Origin: Bacteroidota bacterium
GTDB lineage: Bacteria > Bacteroidota > Ignavibacteria > UBA10030 > JAZGDE01
Direction: 5' to 3'
Assembly: GCA_036477295.1 (NCBI GenBank)
Contig: JAZGDE010000001.1
Location: 1-49,788, forward strand
DNA: 49,788 nt
Part shown: in pieces, positions 20,890 through 30,302 of the stretch
Layout of the letters: every line of letters begins with the position of its first letter
How positions within the stretch are numbered: position 1 is the stretch's first letter
Notes under the pieces: model-generated
The model's database searches: none
What the model was told of the DNA's origin: nothing
The model's input: only the letters and a program-made list of their open reading frames with translations
Position numbers and translations under genes: made by a program

Positions 20890-23218
20890 CAGGAGGAGTC
20901 CTCAACAGTTCGGATGTACGCACTATCGTTCGGAGGATAAAATTGGTGTTCTCCCCGTCGAGCTGCAGCGGATACGCGAGGTCAGCAAAGGTCGCGGTGA
21001 TGCTTTCCCTCACGCTGTCGGTCGAGGCGAGTTCGAAGCTCACGCGAACTGTCACAACCGTGTCGGGGAACGAATACCACGAAAAGGTCATCCGGTTCGC
21101 GCTTGCGGTGTGCGCAAGAGGTGTTCGAACATCGTGAAACGACGCAGAATCGCTCTTGTAGGTCACTTCCAGTCGGTAGGGTCTCCGGACAAAATGTATC
21201 CGAAGCTCGAGATCGTACCGACTCATTTCGCCGCGTTCTTGAATTGCTTCACTTCTCTCCCATCGGACCCAATCCGTTACGATCGGTTCTTTCCGTTTCA
21301 CTTCATGCCGGAAACTCCATCCGTTCAGAAGCGTATCCCCTTCTGAATGTGTAACCCTTACACCCTTCAAGTACTCTGAACTTCTCAGCCAGACAGAGCT
21401 GATGTTTTTACCTAGATCGATAACTTCGTCCACGTGCACCTCGCGTCGCCACGTGTCGGAGTACGTGGGTCTCGGAATGAGGTAGAGACTGTAGCCGATG
21501 ATGATGAACGCGAGGATGATTCCTATCGGCTTTTCCTTGAAGCGAGTGACCAAAAGCAAATCTCTTCCACTGTCTTTGTAGATCCCCACAAACGAAGTCA
21601 GAAATGGGAACAACCATACGCTGGAACCGAGAACGGAGAATCCATAAATACTCAAGTCGCGTATCAGTCCGCCCGTTCCAGCCGTTGCAATGAGCCGTGC
21701 GATCAAATCTACTTCCTCGTTGAACAGGAGTCGAACCATAAGGTATGGAGATACCACCCAGAACAGAGTCCGCACAAGGGGATGTCGGACCAGGAAGGCG
21801 AGGGAGACAAAAAACAGAGCAGATGCGACAGAAAAGGCAACGCTGATGCTGACTAGACTGAGCAGCACGGTGAGAACCGTCAGAGGAATCACTGACCGCA
21901 CTAGGTACCCGTGGCTCCGCGGACTCAGCTTCATTCTCTGCGCGAGATGGATGCCGATCCAGATACCGAAGAGACCAAACAGAACGCCAAGGAGCCAGTA
22001 GAGATCGGGTTCGAGGAACCAGGGGTGTCTCCAGCCTTTGAGCAGACCAAGAAGGAGTTCTGACCCCCCTACGAGTGCCATGATGACGAGCAGAACGACG
22101 AAGAGCTTACCTCCGGAAAATCTGATTTTCTGCTCTAACTGAGCGGCGGCGGTTCGTTTCTGGAGGATGAAGACCGACGCGAAGGCCGTGCCGCCTGCAA
22201 TGACGATAAATGTCCAGAGCAGCCATCTCGGGACAAACACGAGAGTGGTTCCGAGCTGATAAAGCCAGTACTGTTGCTTTGTTGGTTCTGGAACTTCTTC
22301 ATCAAACCTCTCGACCAGTCGGTACACGAGGTCTCCAGAGCGCTTGAGGCCTTCCGGGCGAAATCGTGAGAATTCGTCTTGCGGTGTGTGGATGGGTGTA
22401 GCGATATCCGATGCGAGGCCGATCGCCGGGATGCCATTCCGCAAGAACGGTTCGTGGTCGGAACTCGCGAGGGGTCTCCTGAGGAGAGTGCTTATCGTGT
22501 TGAAGTGCGTTTCGTAGGTCAGGCCATCGTACCCGAGTGCAGCGAACTCCTCAAAAGCGGCTCGAACGAGCCACGAGGGTGCATTGTGATCGTGCGTATC
22601 GGCGAGGAGGAGCAGTTTTGGGGATCCGTTTGCCATGTCGACTTGGATCATCAGCGCCACGCTATCGATGTCCGTGAATTGCTTGACGAAGTGTTCTGAC
22701 CCCCGCAAGCCCATCTCCTCGCCGCCGAAGAGAGCAAACACGAGCGTTGATTGCCATTCGCGTTGTGCCAGGACACGAGCAAGTTCAAGGATTACCGCTG
22801 TGCCTGATCCATTGTCGTTTGCGCCGGGGACTTCCGGACCGGAAGAATCGATGTGCCCTCCAAGGACGATTATCCGCCCGGTCCTGCCTTTATGAATTCC
22901 GACTGTGATTCCGCTCCGCGTGTTGACGATCCTTCGGAATTCACGTCGGGTCGTGCGCATGGGCATGATGTACGCTGTGTCGCATCCAGATTCGTTCAAC
23001 TTCTGGACGGCAAATTCGAGTGCGAGCTGTTCTGCGGGAGAGCCCATAGGTCTTGGACCGATGTCGAGGGCGAGTACACGAAGAAGTTCGGTTGCTCGTG
23101 GCTGAGAGAATTCGGTGGTCTGGGCCGCCTGAACGACATAGTCGGGTACGCCATCGGCAACCGAGTGTAGAAGGACTATTGTTATCAAGGCTGCGGAGTG
23201 TGCCGCGAGGACGTGCAT
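20831..23218 (-). CDS. M28 family metallopeptidase with multi-pass membrane region and C-terminal soluble domain
   Basis: GGHIDS, PGANDNGSG, GEEMGL, VDM, SDHEPF and HTPQD motifs, followed by about 8-9 hydrophobic segments. Confidence 0.88.
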   Translation of the reverse strand: MHVLAAHSAALITIVLLHSVADGVPDYVVQAAQTTEFSQPRATELLRVLALDIGPRPMGSPAEQLALEFAVQKLNESGCDTAYIMPMRTTRREFRRIVNTRSGITVGIHKGRTGRIIVLGGHIDSSGPEVPGANDNGSGTAVILELARVLAQREWQSTLVFALFGGEEMGLRGSEHFVKQFTDIDSVALMIQVDMANGSPKLLLLADTHDHNAPSWLVRAAFEEFAALGYDGLTYETHFNTISTLLRRPLASSDHEPFLRNGIPAIGLASDIATPIHTPQDEFSRFRPEGLKRSGDLVYRLVERFDEEVPEPTKQQYWLYQLGTTLVFVPRWLLWTFIVIAGGTAFASVFILQKRTAAAQLEQKIRFSGGKLFVVLLVIMALVGGSELLLGLLKGWRHPWFLEPDLYWLLGVLFGLFGIWIGIHLAQRMKLSPRSHGYLVRSVIPLTVLTVLLSLVSISVAFSVASALFFVSLAFLVRHPLVRTLFWVVSPYLMVRLLFNEEVDLIARLIATAGTGGLIRDLSIYGFSVLGSSVWLFPFLTSFVGIYKDSGRDLLLVTRFKEKPIGIILAFIIIGYSLYLIPRPTYSDTWRREVHVDEVIDLGKNISSVWLRSSEYLKGVRVTHSEGDTLLNGWSFRHEVKRKEPIVTDWVRWERSEAIQERGEMSRYDLELRIHFVRRPYRLEVTYKSDSASFHDVRTPLAHTASANRMTFSWYSFPDTVVTVRVSFELASTDSVRESITATFADLAYPLQLDGENTNFILRTIVRTSELLRTPPVTNSTSNSASAAERYQKAP

Positions 23219-23230
23219 GTCCGCCGGGAG

Positions 23231-24139
23231 TTAATCGAGGTGGAGCTTGATGAAGTCAAGCAATTTTTGCTTGTACTCTGGTCCACCTGTTTCCCAGACG
23301 TCACTATGCTTGGCTTCGTCGATGAAGTAGAGATCCTTCGGTTCGTCGGCGTGCTCGTAGAGGATACGGGAGTATTTCGGTGAGATGAACAGGTCGTTCT
23401 TTCCGTGCGTGAACAAAACCGGGACTTTGATCTTCTGGACCGCGTCGAGCGGTGACACTTGGCTGGCGTCGAACTTCGCCAGCTGCTCAGAATGTCGCAT
23501 CACGATGTTTCCGGTGAGCTTCGAGCGAACCTTGATGTACCGCTGCTGGTAATCGAGTGCAATCGTACGGAGGTCGGTAAAACACCCTTCAGAGATGACG
23601 AGATGAATCCGATCGTCTATCACGGCTGTCTGCAGCGCCGTTGCCGCGCCCATGGAGAGGCCGAACACCGTCAGTCTCCCTACCTGCAAGTCTCGGCGCT
23701 GGTGCAGGAAGTCGATCATGCGGCTCACGTCGTGCTTCTCGTGGTATCCGTACGTGCAGTACTCGCCTCCGCTTTGCCCATGACGGCGCATATCGGGCAG
23801 GAGGACATGAAACCCGTGTTCGTGAAACAGCTTCGCGCGCCCGATGCCGGAGATCCTGTTATCCCCGACGCCGTGGATGTAGATGACGGTACCTCGAGGC
23901 TGTGAGTCTGCTCTGATGAGCCAACAGCGAAGCGTGTGGCCATCCGCAGTCGCAATGGCGACGTCTTCCTGTGGGAGGCCTGCCTCCCGCGGTGTGAGCC
24001 AGGGGTACTTCTGCCGGTAAGAATTCGGGCTTTGTCGGAGCGGTTTCAGGAGGATTGACGGTCCGATGCTGTAAATCACGAGATACGCAGTGAACAAAAA
24101 GAGGACGGAGACGCTAAGGAGTAGGATGAGAACCGTCAT
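23231..24139 (-). CDS. Membrane-anchored alpha/beta hydrolase
   Basis: N-terminal TM helix; YIHG, DMRRHGQSGG, GLSMG nucleophile elbow, HGKND and AKH catalytic positions. Confidence 0.88.
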   Translation of the reverse strand: MTVLILLLSVSVLFLFTAYLVIYSIGPSILLKPLRQSPNSYRQKYPWLTPREAGLPQEDVAIATADGHTLRCWLIRADSQPRGTVIYIHGVGDNRISGIGRAKLFHEHGFHVLLPDMRRHGQSGGEYCTYGYHEKHDVSRMIDFLHQRRDLQVGRLTVFGLSMGAATALQTAVIDDRIHLVISEGCFTDLRTIALDYQQRYIKVRSKLTGNIVMRHSEQLAKFDASQVSPLDAVQKIKVPVLFTHGKNDLFISPKYSRILYEHADEPKDLYFIDEAKHSDVWETGGPEYKQKLLDFIKLHLD

Positions 24140-24184
24140 GTGATCGGGTGTTCATCGTGAAAGCAGATGGCGAAGACTGTTTCA

Positions 24185-24213
24185 TATATACAGATATTCC
24201 CGAGGAGAAGCAA
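24185..24213 (-). promoter_or_regulatory. Sigma70-type promoter for the hydrolase-M28 pair
   Basis: Minus strand TTGCTT-17 nt-TATATA. Confidence 0.45.
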
Positions 24214-24288
24214 GTAATGGAACATCCGCGGAGCAGAGGGTTGAAACCTAACGGGGGAATATCTCTGAACGCGAACCCACCATCTTCT

Positions 24289-24631
24289 TCATCGGTTCAA
24301 CGTGGCGTGAAGGACCTCCATCGTTTGATCGATCTCCTCGATCGTGTTATATAAAGTGCGGTGAGATGCGAATGTATTCTTCCCGGAGTGAAACCTGAAT
24401 TTTGTTCACTTTGAGGGTCTCGAACAGTCTTGGACCGTCCGAGACACGGAAGGTCACGATAGCAGCTCGAGCGTGTGGGTCTTCAGGAGTTACGATCGGT
24501 AGGTCCAGCGGCCGGACTCGTTCGATGAGGTGCTGCGTCACTGAGCGAACGTGCGCCTCAATGTCTTCGATGCCGACATCAAAGAGTGTGGAGACCGAGG
24601 CGTGGAGGCCGGCGACGCCGAGGAAGTCCAT
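24289..24631 (-). pseudogene. C-terminal fragment of a class V PLP aminotransferase/cysteine desulfurase-like gene, frameshifted
   Basis: GVAGLHASV...GIEDIEAHV...AAIVTF...IRISPHF; removing one base at about 24352 continues as YNTIEEIDQTMEVLHATLNR*. No N-terminal domain is present. Confidence 0.75.
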
Positions 24632-24761
24632 ATATACTCATAAGTGATTTCCTGTGCAATGGAAAATGTTTCTGCGATCGCCAGTGGTAAGCTCCGGTAG
24701 AGTGGAGAGGGATCTGATTGACTCTCCAGCTGGATCCTCGTATATTCTCGGACGGTTTTGG

Positions 24762-25889
24762 ATGAAATTTCCTGCCCGCATAGCGCTCGTTCACGACTGG
24801 CTCAACGGCATGCGGGGTGGCGAGAAGTGTTTGGAAGCATTGTGCGAACTTTTTCCAACTGCAACGCTGTTCACACTTCTCCACCGCGAAGGCTCCACGA
24901 GCCACGCCATTGAGCGAATGCATATCGCAACCTCGTTCGTGCAGAGGCTTCCGTATTCGGACTCCCTGTACCGCTACTATTTGCCCCTCTTTCCGGCCGC
25001 GATCGAACAGTTTGACCTCCGTTCCTTTGACCTAGTGATCTCCTCGAGTCACTGCGTCGCCAAGGGAGTTGTACCGCGGCCAGATGCACTGCACGTCTGT
25101 TACTGTCACACACCGATGCGGTATGTCTGGGACCAGTACGAACTCTATTTTGGCAAGGGGCAAGCGGGGCCGCTCATCCGACTAACTGGTCCTGTTTTTG
25201 CGAATTATCTCCGGACATGGGATGTGGCAGGTTCGAGTCGGGTCGATGAATTCATTGCGAACTCGAAGCATGTCCAGTTGCGGATCAAACGCTACTATCG
25301 TCGTGATTCCACGGTGATTTACCCGCCGGTCGACGTCTCAGCGTTCCGCATTTCAGAAAAAGATGAAGGTTATTTCATGATTGTTTCTGCCTTAGTGTCG
25401 TACAAGCGGATCGACCTTGCGATCGAGGCATTCAATCGGACATCGGAGCGACTGGTCATCGTCGGAAGCGGACCGGCTGAACGCAGACTCAAAGCGCTTG
25501 CGGGTAAGAACATCGAATTCGCTGGGTGGACAACTCCCGCCGAACTCAGAGGGTACTACGAAAACTGCCGCGCGCTCATCTTTCCGGGCGAGGAAGACTT
25601 CGGCATCACTGCGGTCGAAGCACAAGCGTGTGGGAAGCCAGTGATAGGGTATGCGCGCGGCGGCGTCTTGGAGACGGTTGTCGGGACGGGAGGTCGGAAA
25701 ACTGGACTATTCTTCGATGAACCGAGCACAGAAAGCTTGATCCGCGTGTTGAAGGAGTTTCGACGCGAGGACTTTCTACCGAGTGTTCTCCGTCGAAATG
25801 CCGAGCGATTTGCGCGTCCGATTTTCACGCGCCGCATCACGAGGTTTCTTCAAAAAAAGTGGTCGGAACATGTGCGGAAACGTGGCTAA
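24762..25889 (+). CDS. Glycosyltransferase family 4
   Basis: IALVHDWLNGMRGGEK, YCHTPMRY, IYPPVD and EDFGITAVEAQACGKPVI (EX7E) motifs. Confidence 0.92.
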   Translation: MKFPARIALVHDWLNGMRGGEKCLEALCELFPTATLFTLLHREGSTSHAIERMHIATSFVQRLPYSDSLYRYYLPLFPAAIEQFDLRSFDLVISSSHCVAKGVVPRPDALHVCYCHTPMRYVWDQYELYFGKGQAGPLIRLTGPVFANYLRTWDVAGSSRVDEFIANSKHVQLRIKRYYRRDSTVIYPPVDVSAFRISEKDEGYFMIVSALVSYKRIDLAIEAFNRTSERLVIVGSGPAERRLKALAGKNIEFAGWTTPAELRGYYENCRALIFPGEEDFGITAVEAQACGKPVIGYARGGVLETVVGTGGRKTGLFFDEPSTESLIRVLKEFRREDFLPSVLRRNAERFARPIFTRRITRFLQKKWSEHVRKRG

Positions 25890-25904
25890 ACCGTTAAAAG
25901 TTCG

Positions 25905-25933
25905 TTGACATTTTGGATTTTAGTCGTTATATT
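25905..25933 (+). promoter_or_regulatory. Sigma70-type promoter for the M23-bactofilin-atp unit
   Basis: TTGACA-17 nt-TATATT. Confidence 0.7.
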
Positions 25934-25972
25934 TTTATTTGGATTTGCTAGAGCGTGTGTTGAGACTCAGCC

Positions 25973-26881
25973 ATGCCCGCCGGGAACGTTCATCATAAGA
26001 AGCTGCTCAAATCGTATTCCGTTGTCTTGCTTCCAAAAGGAGAGACGGGAAAGGCGAGAACGTACACACTCAGTCCTCTCTCCATTGCTTTGACTATTGT
26101 TGCGGTCGTGGCGCTGGTGTCGGGCAGTGTCTTGGCGCTCCTGATCTATACTCCGGTGGGTGGTTATGTTCCGATATCGAACCCAGAATTGGAGAAGCGA
26201 TACGGTAAACAAATCGTTACCCTGCAACAGCGCGTGAATATGCTCGCAGAGGAGATGTTCACGTTACGGGAGTACAATCTCACCCTGCGCAAGGCATTCG
26301 GGGAGGAGTTGTCGGATACAGCCGCGGCTCGAGCAAAACGACCCGTCGACTACGCTGCATCGACCGTTTCCGAACCGAATCATGTAATGTATTCTGATCT
26401 CGTTGGCGAGGAACCACAGTGGATAGATCCTTCAGAGTCGAACGCCGAGGGAAGACCTTTCCGGTTCGCCTCCCGAACGCCCGATGAGTCCAGTCTGCTG
26501 TACCTGCCGATCTCTTTTCCAGTCGAGGGGTACATAACGCGCGGCTTCGATGCCTCAGGCCGACATTTTGGAATTGACATTGCCGGGAAGAAGGGTTCGC
26601 CCGTCAGCGCAGTAGCGGACGGCAACGTCGTCTTTTCCGGATGGACCTACGACGACGGACAGATGGTGATTATCTCGCATGCCGGTGGGTATTTGACCTT
26701 CTATAAACACAATCAGATGTTGCTCGAATCGGTGGGAAGTCGGGTGAAGCGCGGCGAGCCGATTGCATTGCTCGGAAATTCCGGAAAAGGGAGCCTCGGT
26801 CCACACCTCCATTTTGAGGTTTGGAAAACCAGCATTCCCATCGATCCGAGTGAACTGCTTCTGCTATCGTACGGCCAATAA
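25973..26881 (+). CDS. M23 family peptidoglycan metallopeptidase with TM helix and coiled coil
   Basis: HFGID (HxxxD), YKH and GPHLHFE (HxH) motifs. Confidence 0.92.
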   Translation: MPAGNVHHKKLLKSYSVVLLPKGETGKARTYTLSPLSIALTIVAVVALVSGSVLALLIYTPVGGYVPISNPELEKRYGKQIVTLQQRVNMLAEEMFTLREYNLTLRKAFGEELSDTAAARAKRPVDYAASTVSEPNHVMYSDLVGEEPQWIDPSESNAEGRPFRFASRTPDESSLLYLPISFPVEGYITRGFDASGRHFGIDIAGKKGSPVSAVADGNVVFSGWTYDDGQMVIISHAGGYLTFYKHNQMLLESVGSRVKRGEPIALLGNSGKGSLGPHLHFEVWKTSIPIDPSELLLLSYGQ

Positions 26882-26898
26882 CTTCGGGGGAACCAACA

Positions 26899-27255
26899 GT
26901 GGGCGGCAAGAACGATCCTGTAAAAGAATTGAACATCATCGGTGCCGGAACAGTCATGGAAGGGAAATTGACGAGCCAGGGAAGTATCCGCATCGACGGG
27001 AAGTTGACCGGAGACGTCTCCTCCGCGGAGAATGTTGCCGTGGGTTCGATGGGTGAAATCGAGGGGATGGTCACTGGAAAGAACATTACCATCGGTGGGA
27101 AGGTGCGGGGTAGTATAACCGCTTCCGAGAAACTCGTGTTCGAAGGAAAAGCGGTCGTCCGGGCTGACATCCGGTCTTCGAAATTGGTCATCGACGAAGG
27201 GGCTTTGTTTGACGGGAAATGCACGATGACGGACTTGCTGCCGTCTCACTCGTGA
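26899..27255 (+). CDS. Bactofilin (polymer-forming cytoskeletal protein)
   Basis: IIGAGTVMEGKL...IRIDGKLTGDV...IDEGALFDGKCTM beta-helix repeats. Confidence 0.92.
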   Translation: MGGKNDPVKELNIIGAGTVMEGKLTSQGSIRIDGKLTGDVSSAENVAVGSMGEIEGMVTGKNITIGGKVRGSITASEKLVFEGKAVVRADIRSSKLVIDEGALFDGKCTMTDLLPSHS

Positions 27256-27274
27256 GAACGGGTATGGGCTATGG

Positions 27275-27595
27275 ATGCACCCTGAGGACAAGAAATCTGC
27301 GCTTGGGAAACTTGAGAGCGTCGCGAAAGCGTACCATGAAGTTGGACCCTACCTTGGGTTAGGACTGCAACTGGCAGTAACAGTCGTTTTCTTTTTCCTC
27401 GTCGGGAAATGGTTAGACGGAGTATTCTTGACGACACCGATCTTGATGGTCGTCGGAGGATTCATCGGTGCCGTAGCTGGTTTGTACAGTTTTCTCAAAA
27501 CTGTGATCTCGTTGAACAAGAAACAAGCGGAAAGACGGAAGAACGATTCTGAGCGATCGGGGGATCGCGAGGCCTCGCTGGATCGAAGAGAGTAA
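27275..27595 (+). CDS. AtpZ/AtpI family membrane protein
   Basis: Two TM helices, GLGLQLA...GKWLD...TPILMVVG pattern; lies upstream of atpB. Confidence 0.8.
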   Translation: MHPEDKKSALGKLESVAKAYHEVGPYLGLGLQLAVTVVFFFLVGKWLDGVFLTTPILMVVGGFIGAVAGLYSFLKTVISLNKKQAERRKNDSERSGDREASLDRRE

Positions 27596-27619
27596 GGCCT
27601 GGGTGAGGGGTGGAGCACG

Positions 27620-28009
27620 ATGAAATCCGATATGAAATTCCCAAGACAAATCCTTCTTGCAACGCTTGCTGTGGGGCTTCTCGCATCGTATCCGATGTAC
27701 CTCTGGGCGGACCGTGAGGTGGTGGTGGGGGTGCTCACCGGAGGGCTGATCAGTCTCGTCAACGTACTCATCGGGTACGTCTCGGTGGAGTTCGCGTTCA
27801 ATAAGTCCAACGCAACGTTCCTGAAAGTCGTGCTTGGGGGAATGGGGGTTCGGCTGTCGCTGATCGCGGTCACTCTAATCGTGCTCATCAAAGTCTCCAG
27901 TGTCCATCTGTACAGCTTGATCTCCTCGATGCTTTTCTTCTATTTTCTCTACATCACATTTGAAATCCTGTTCATCAATAAGAAAATCGCTCTCAAAAAC
28001 CGTCCATAA
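27620..28009 (+). CDS. ATP synthase subunit I-like membrane protein
   Basis: Four hydrophobic helices; immediately upstream of atpB. Confidence 0.7.
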   Translation: MKSDMKFPRQILLATLAVGLLASYPMYLWADREVVVGVLTGGLISLVNVLIGYVSVEFAFNKSNATFLKVVLGGMGVRLSLIAVTLIVLIKVSSVHLYSLISSMLFFYFLYITFEILFINKKIALKNRP

Positions 28010-28015
28010 GTCTGA

Positions 28016-28915
28016 ATGTTCTTTCCATCCGGTCCCGCTGTCGTCGATACCCAGCTCTCTGTCGAACCTGCTGTTCTCTCGGGCGGGCATGTCGGTGGAG
28101 GCGTCCAGGCTGCGGATAAAGGCGGAGAGTGGGTCCTCGAGCACATCGCAGATTCGCACTCGATCGACCTCGAGCCGTTCGGTCATATCACGTTACCTCA
28201 ATTTCCTTCGGTTCATATTTTTGGACTCACTGTTGACCTTTCAATCACGAAGCACGTTGTTTTTCTCTGGATTGCTGCAGCCCTGCTGATTGTGCTCTTG
28301 AGTCTTGCAGCGAGGAATTATCGGAAGCGGCTCGTTCCCTCCGGATTCTCGAACTTCATCGAAGTGTTTGTTGTGTTTATCCGCGACGAGGTCGTTCTGC
28401 CGACGGTCGGGAAAGAAGGGATGAAGATGATGAATTATTTTCTCACAGTTTTCTTCTTTATCCTCACTTGCAACCTTCTCGGTCTTGTTCCCTACGCTTC
28501 TACGGCAACCGGGAACGTGAGCGTGACCGCGGGCCTGGCGATCATCGCGTTTCTCGTCATTCAGCTCGCGGGGATTCGGAAGAACGGGCTCGTGGGATAT
28601 TTCAAGGGTCTCATCCCGCAGGGAATTCCGGTGTTCGTTCTCCCGATCATGATTGTTGTGGAATTGCTGGGGTTGTTCACGAAGCCGTTCGCGTTGTGTA
28701 TCCGTCTATTTGCGAACATGATGGCCGGTCATATCGTTATCTTTTCGCTCATCGGGTTGATATTTACGTTCCAGACTGTATTGGTGGCGCCGGTTTCGAT
28801 CGGGTTTGCGTTGTTCATCAGCCTGCTCGAAATCCTAATCGCCACCATTCAGGCGTATATTTTCACGATGCTGACGGCGGTGTTCGTGGGATTGGCGGTC
28901 CATCAGGAACATTAG
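28016..28915 (+). CDS. atpB: F0 ATP synthase subunit a
   Basis: NLLGLVP, TATGN, KPFALCIRLFANMMAGH and IQAYIFTMLT motifs. Confidence 0.96.
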   Translation: MFFPSGPAVVDTQLSVEPAVLSGGHVGGGVQAADKGGEWVLEHIADSHSIDLEPFGHITLPQFPSVHIFGLTVDLSITKHVVFLWIAAALLIVLLSLAARNYRKRLVPSGFSNFIEVFVVFIRDEVVLPTVGKEGMKMMNYFLTVFFFILTCNLLGLVPYASTATGNVSVTAGLAIIAFLVIQLAGIRKNGLVGYFKGLIPQGIPVFVLPIMIVVELLGLFTKPFALCIRLFANMMAGHIVIFSLIGLIFTFQTVLVAPVSIGFALFISLLEILIATIQAYIFTMLTAVFVGLAVHQEH

Positions 28916-28986
28916 AAGAGCAAGAACGTCATCGGAGTCCGCACGGTTAACCATGAACTCACTACAGAACTTTGGGGAGGAATTCC

Positions 28987-29214
28987 ATGAGTGAATTAGC
29001 GTTCGCGTACTTAGCCAGTGGAATCGGCGCTGCGATGGCAGTGATCGGAGCAGGGTACGGTATCGGAAAGCTTGCCGCTGCCGCGATGGAGGCCAGCGGT
29101 CGCCAGCCCGAATCCGCGGCTGACTTGCGCACCACGATGATTATCTCTGCAGCACTCATCGAAGGTGTGACGCTGTTTGCTGAAGTTATTTGCATTATCC
29201 TAGCGTTTAAATAG
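28987..29214 (+). CDS. atpE: F0 ATP synthase subunit c
   Basis: RBS GGGGAGG; GAGYGIG, RQPE loop, ALIEGV ion-carrying Glu. Confidence 0.96.
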   Translation: MSELAFAYLASGIGAAMAVIGAGYGIGKLAAAAMEASGRQPESAADLRTTMIISAALIEGVTLFAEVICIILAFK

Positions 29215-29234
29215 TACGACTGTGGTGGTGACCT

Positions 29235-29720
29235 ATGCTGGAACTAAATCCCGGACTGATCATCTGGACGGGGATAACGTTCTTCCTGTTGCTGCTGATC
29301 CTTCGCACGGTCGCATGGAAACCGATCTTGACTGCGCTCCAGACTCGAGAGGATACTATCCGCTCGTCCCTGGACCGCGCGGAGGAAGCGAAACGGGGAG
29401 CCGAGCACATTCTCGAAGAGAATCGGAAAAACCTCAGCCGAGCCGAACAGGAATCCTTCCGGATCATCAACGAAGGAAAGTCGCTTGCAGAGAAGATGAA
29501 GTCAGAGATTGTCGAGAAGGCAAACGCGCAGGCACGGCGGATGATTGAGGAGGCCCGCGAAGGAATTAACCGCGAAAAAGAAGTAGCGCTCTCTGAGTTG
29601 CGGGGTGAGGTGGCCGATCTTGCTGTCCTGGCGGCAAGTAAGATTCTCGAGGAGACGCTTGACGTTAGGAAGCACCGCAAGATGGTCGACAATTTCTTGA
29701 AAGAATTACCGAAGTCCTAA
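29235..29720 (+). CDS. atpF: F0 ATP synthase subunit b
   Basis: PGLIIWT...AWKPI TM segment followed by a charged coiled coil. Confidence 0.95.
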   Translation: MLELNPGLIIWTGITFFLLLLILRTVAWKPILTALQTREDTIRSSLDRAEEAKRGAEHILEENRKNLSRAEQESFRIINEGKSLAEKMKSEIVEKANAQARRMIEEAREGINREKEVALSELRGEVADLAVLAASKILEETLDVRKHRKMVDNFLKELPKS

Positions 29721-30266
29721 ATGCCAAACATTCGCGTTGCGCGGCGCTATGCGCGTGCGTTGATTTACCTCGTGGAGGAATTGAAACAACTCGACGTCGT
29801 AAGGAAGGATTTAGAACTTATCCTCCAGACGTACAAGTCCTCACGCGATTTCCAGTTGTTCTTGGAAAGCCCCGTTATCCGCGAGGACAAGAAGAAGCAA
29901 GTCCTTGGAGAACTCTTCAAGGGCAGAATCTCCGTCACAACCATGAAGTTTCTCGAGCTCCTTGCAGAGAAAAACCGGGAAGGCATTCTCCCCGATGTGA
30001 TCGCGCAGTACCATCAGCTCGGCAACGAGCGGCTCGGCATCGTTGAGGTGGTGGTGACGAGTGCTGTCGAACTGACGAAAACCCAGCAGCGTAAGCTGGA
30101 GCGTCAGCTGGAGCAGTACGCGAAAAAGAAGATTGACGCAGAGTACCTCGTCGATCCTGCGGTGAAAGGGGGCTTTGTCGTGCGGATCGGCGACACCGTT
30201 CTGGACGCGAGCATCAAGCGTCAGCTGGAGCTTTTGCGCGAAAAATTCGTGAGCACGACGGCGTAG
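29721..30266 (+). CDS. atpH: F1 ATP synthase subunit delta
   Basis: VARRYARAL, VTSAVEL and GGFVVRIGDTVLDASI motifs. Confidence 0.95.
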   Translation: MPNIRVARRYARALIYLVEELKQLDVVRKDLELILQTYKSSRDFQLFLESPVIREDKKKQVLGELFKGRISVTTMKFLELLAEKNREGILPDVIAQYHQLGNERLGIVEVVVTSAVELTKTQQRKLERQLEQYAKKKIDAEYLVDPAVKGGFVVRIGDTVLDASIKRQLELLREKFVSTTA

Positions 30267-30302
30267 CTTCTTTCCATTCTTACTGAAACTGAGGGATCCA
30301 CT

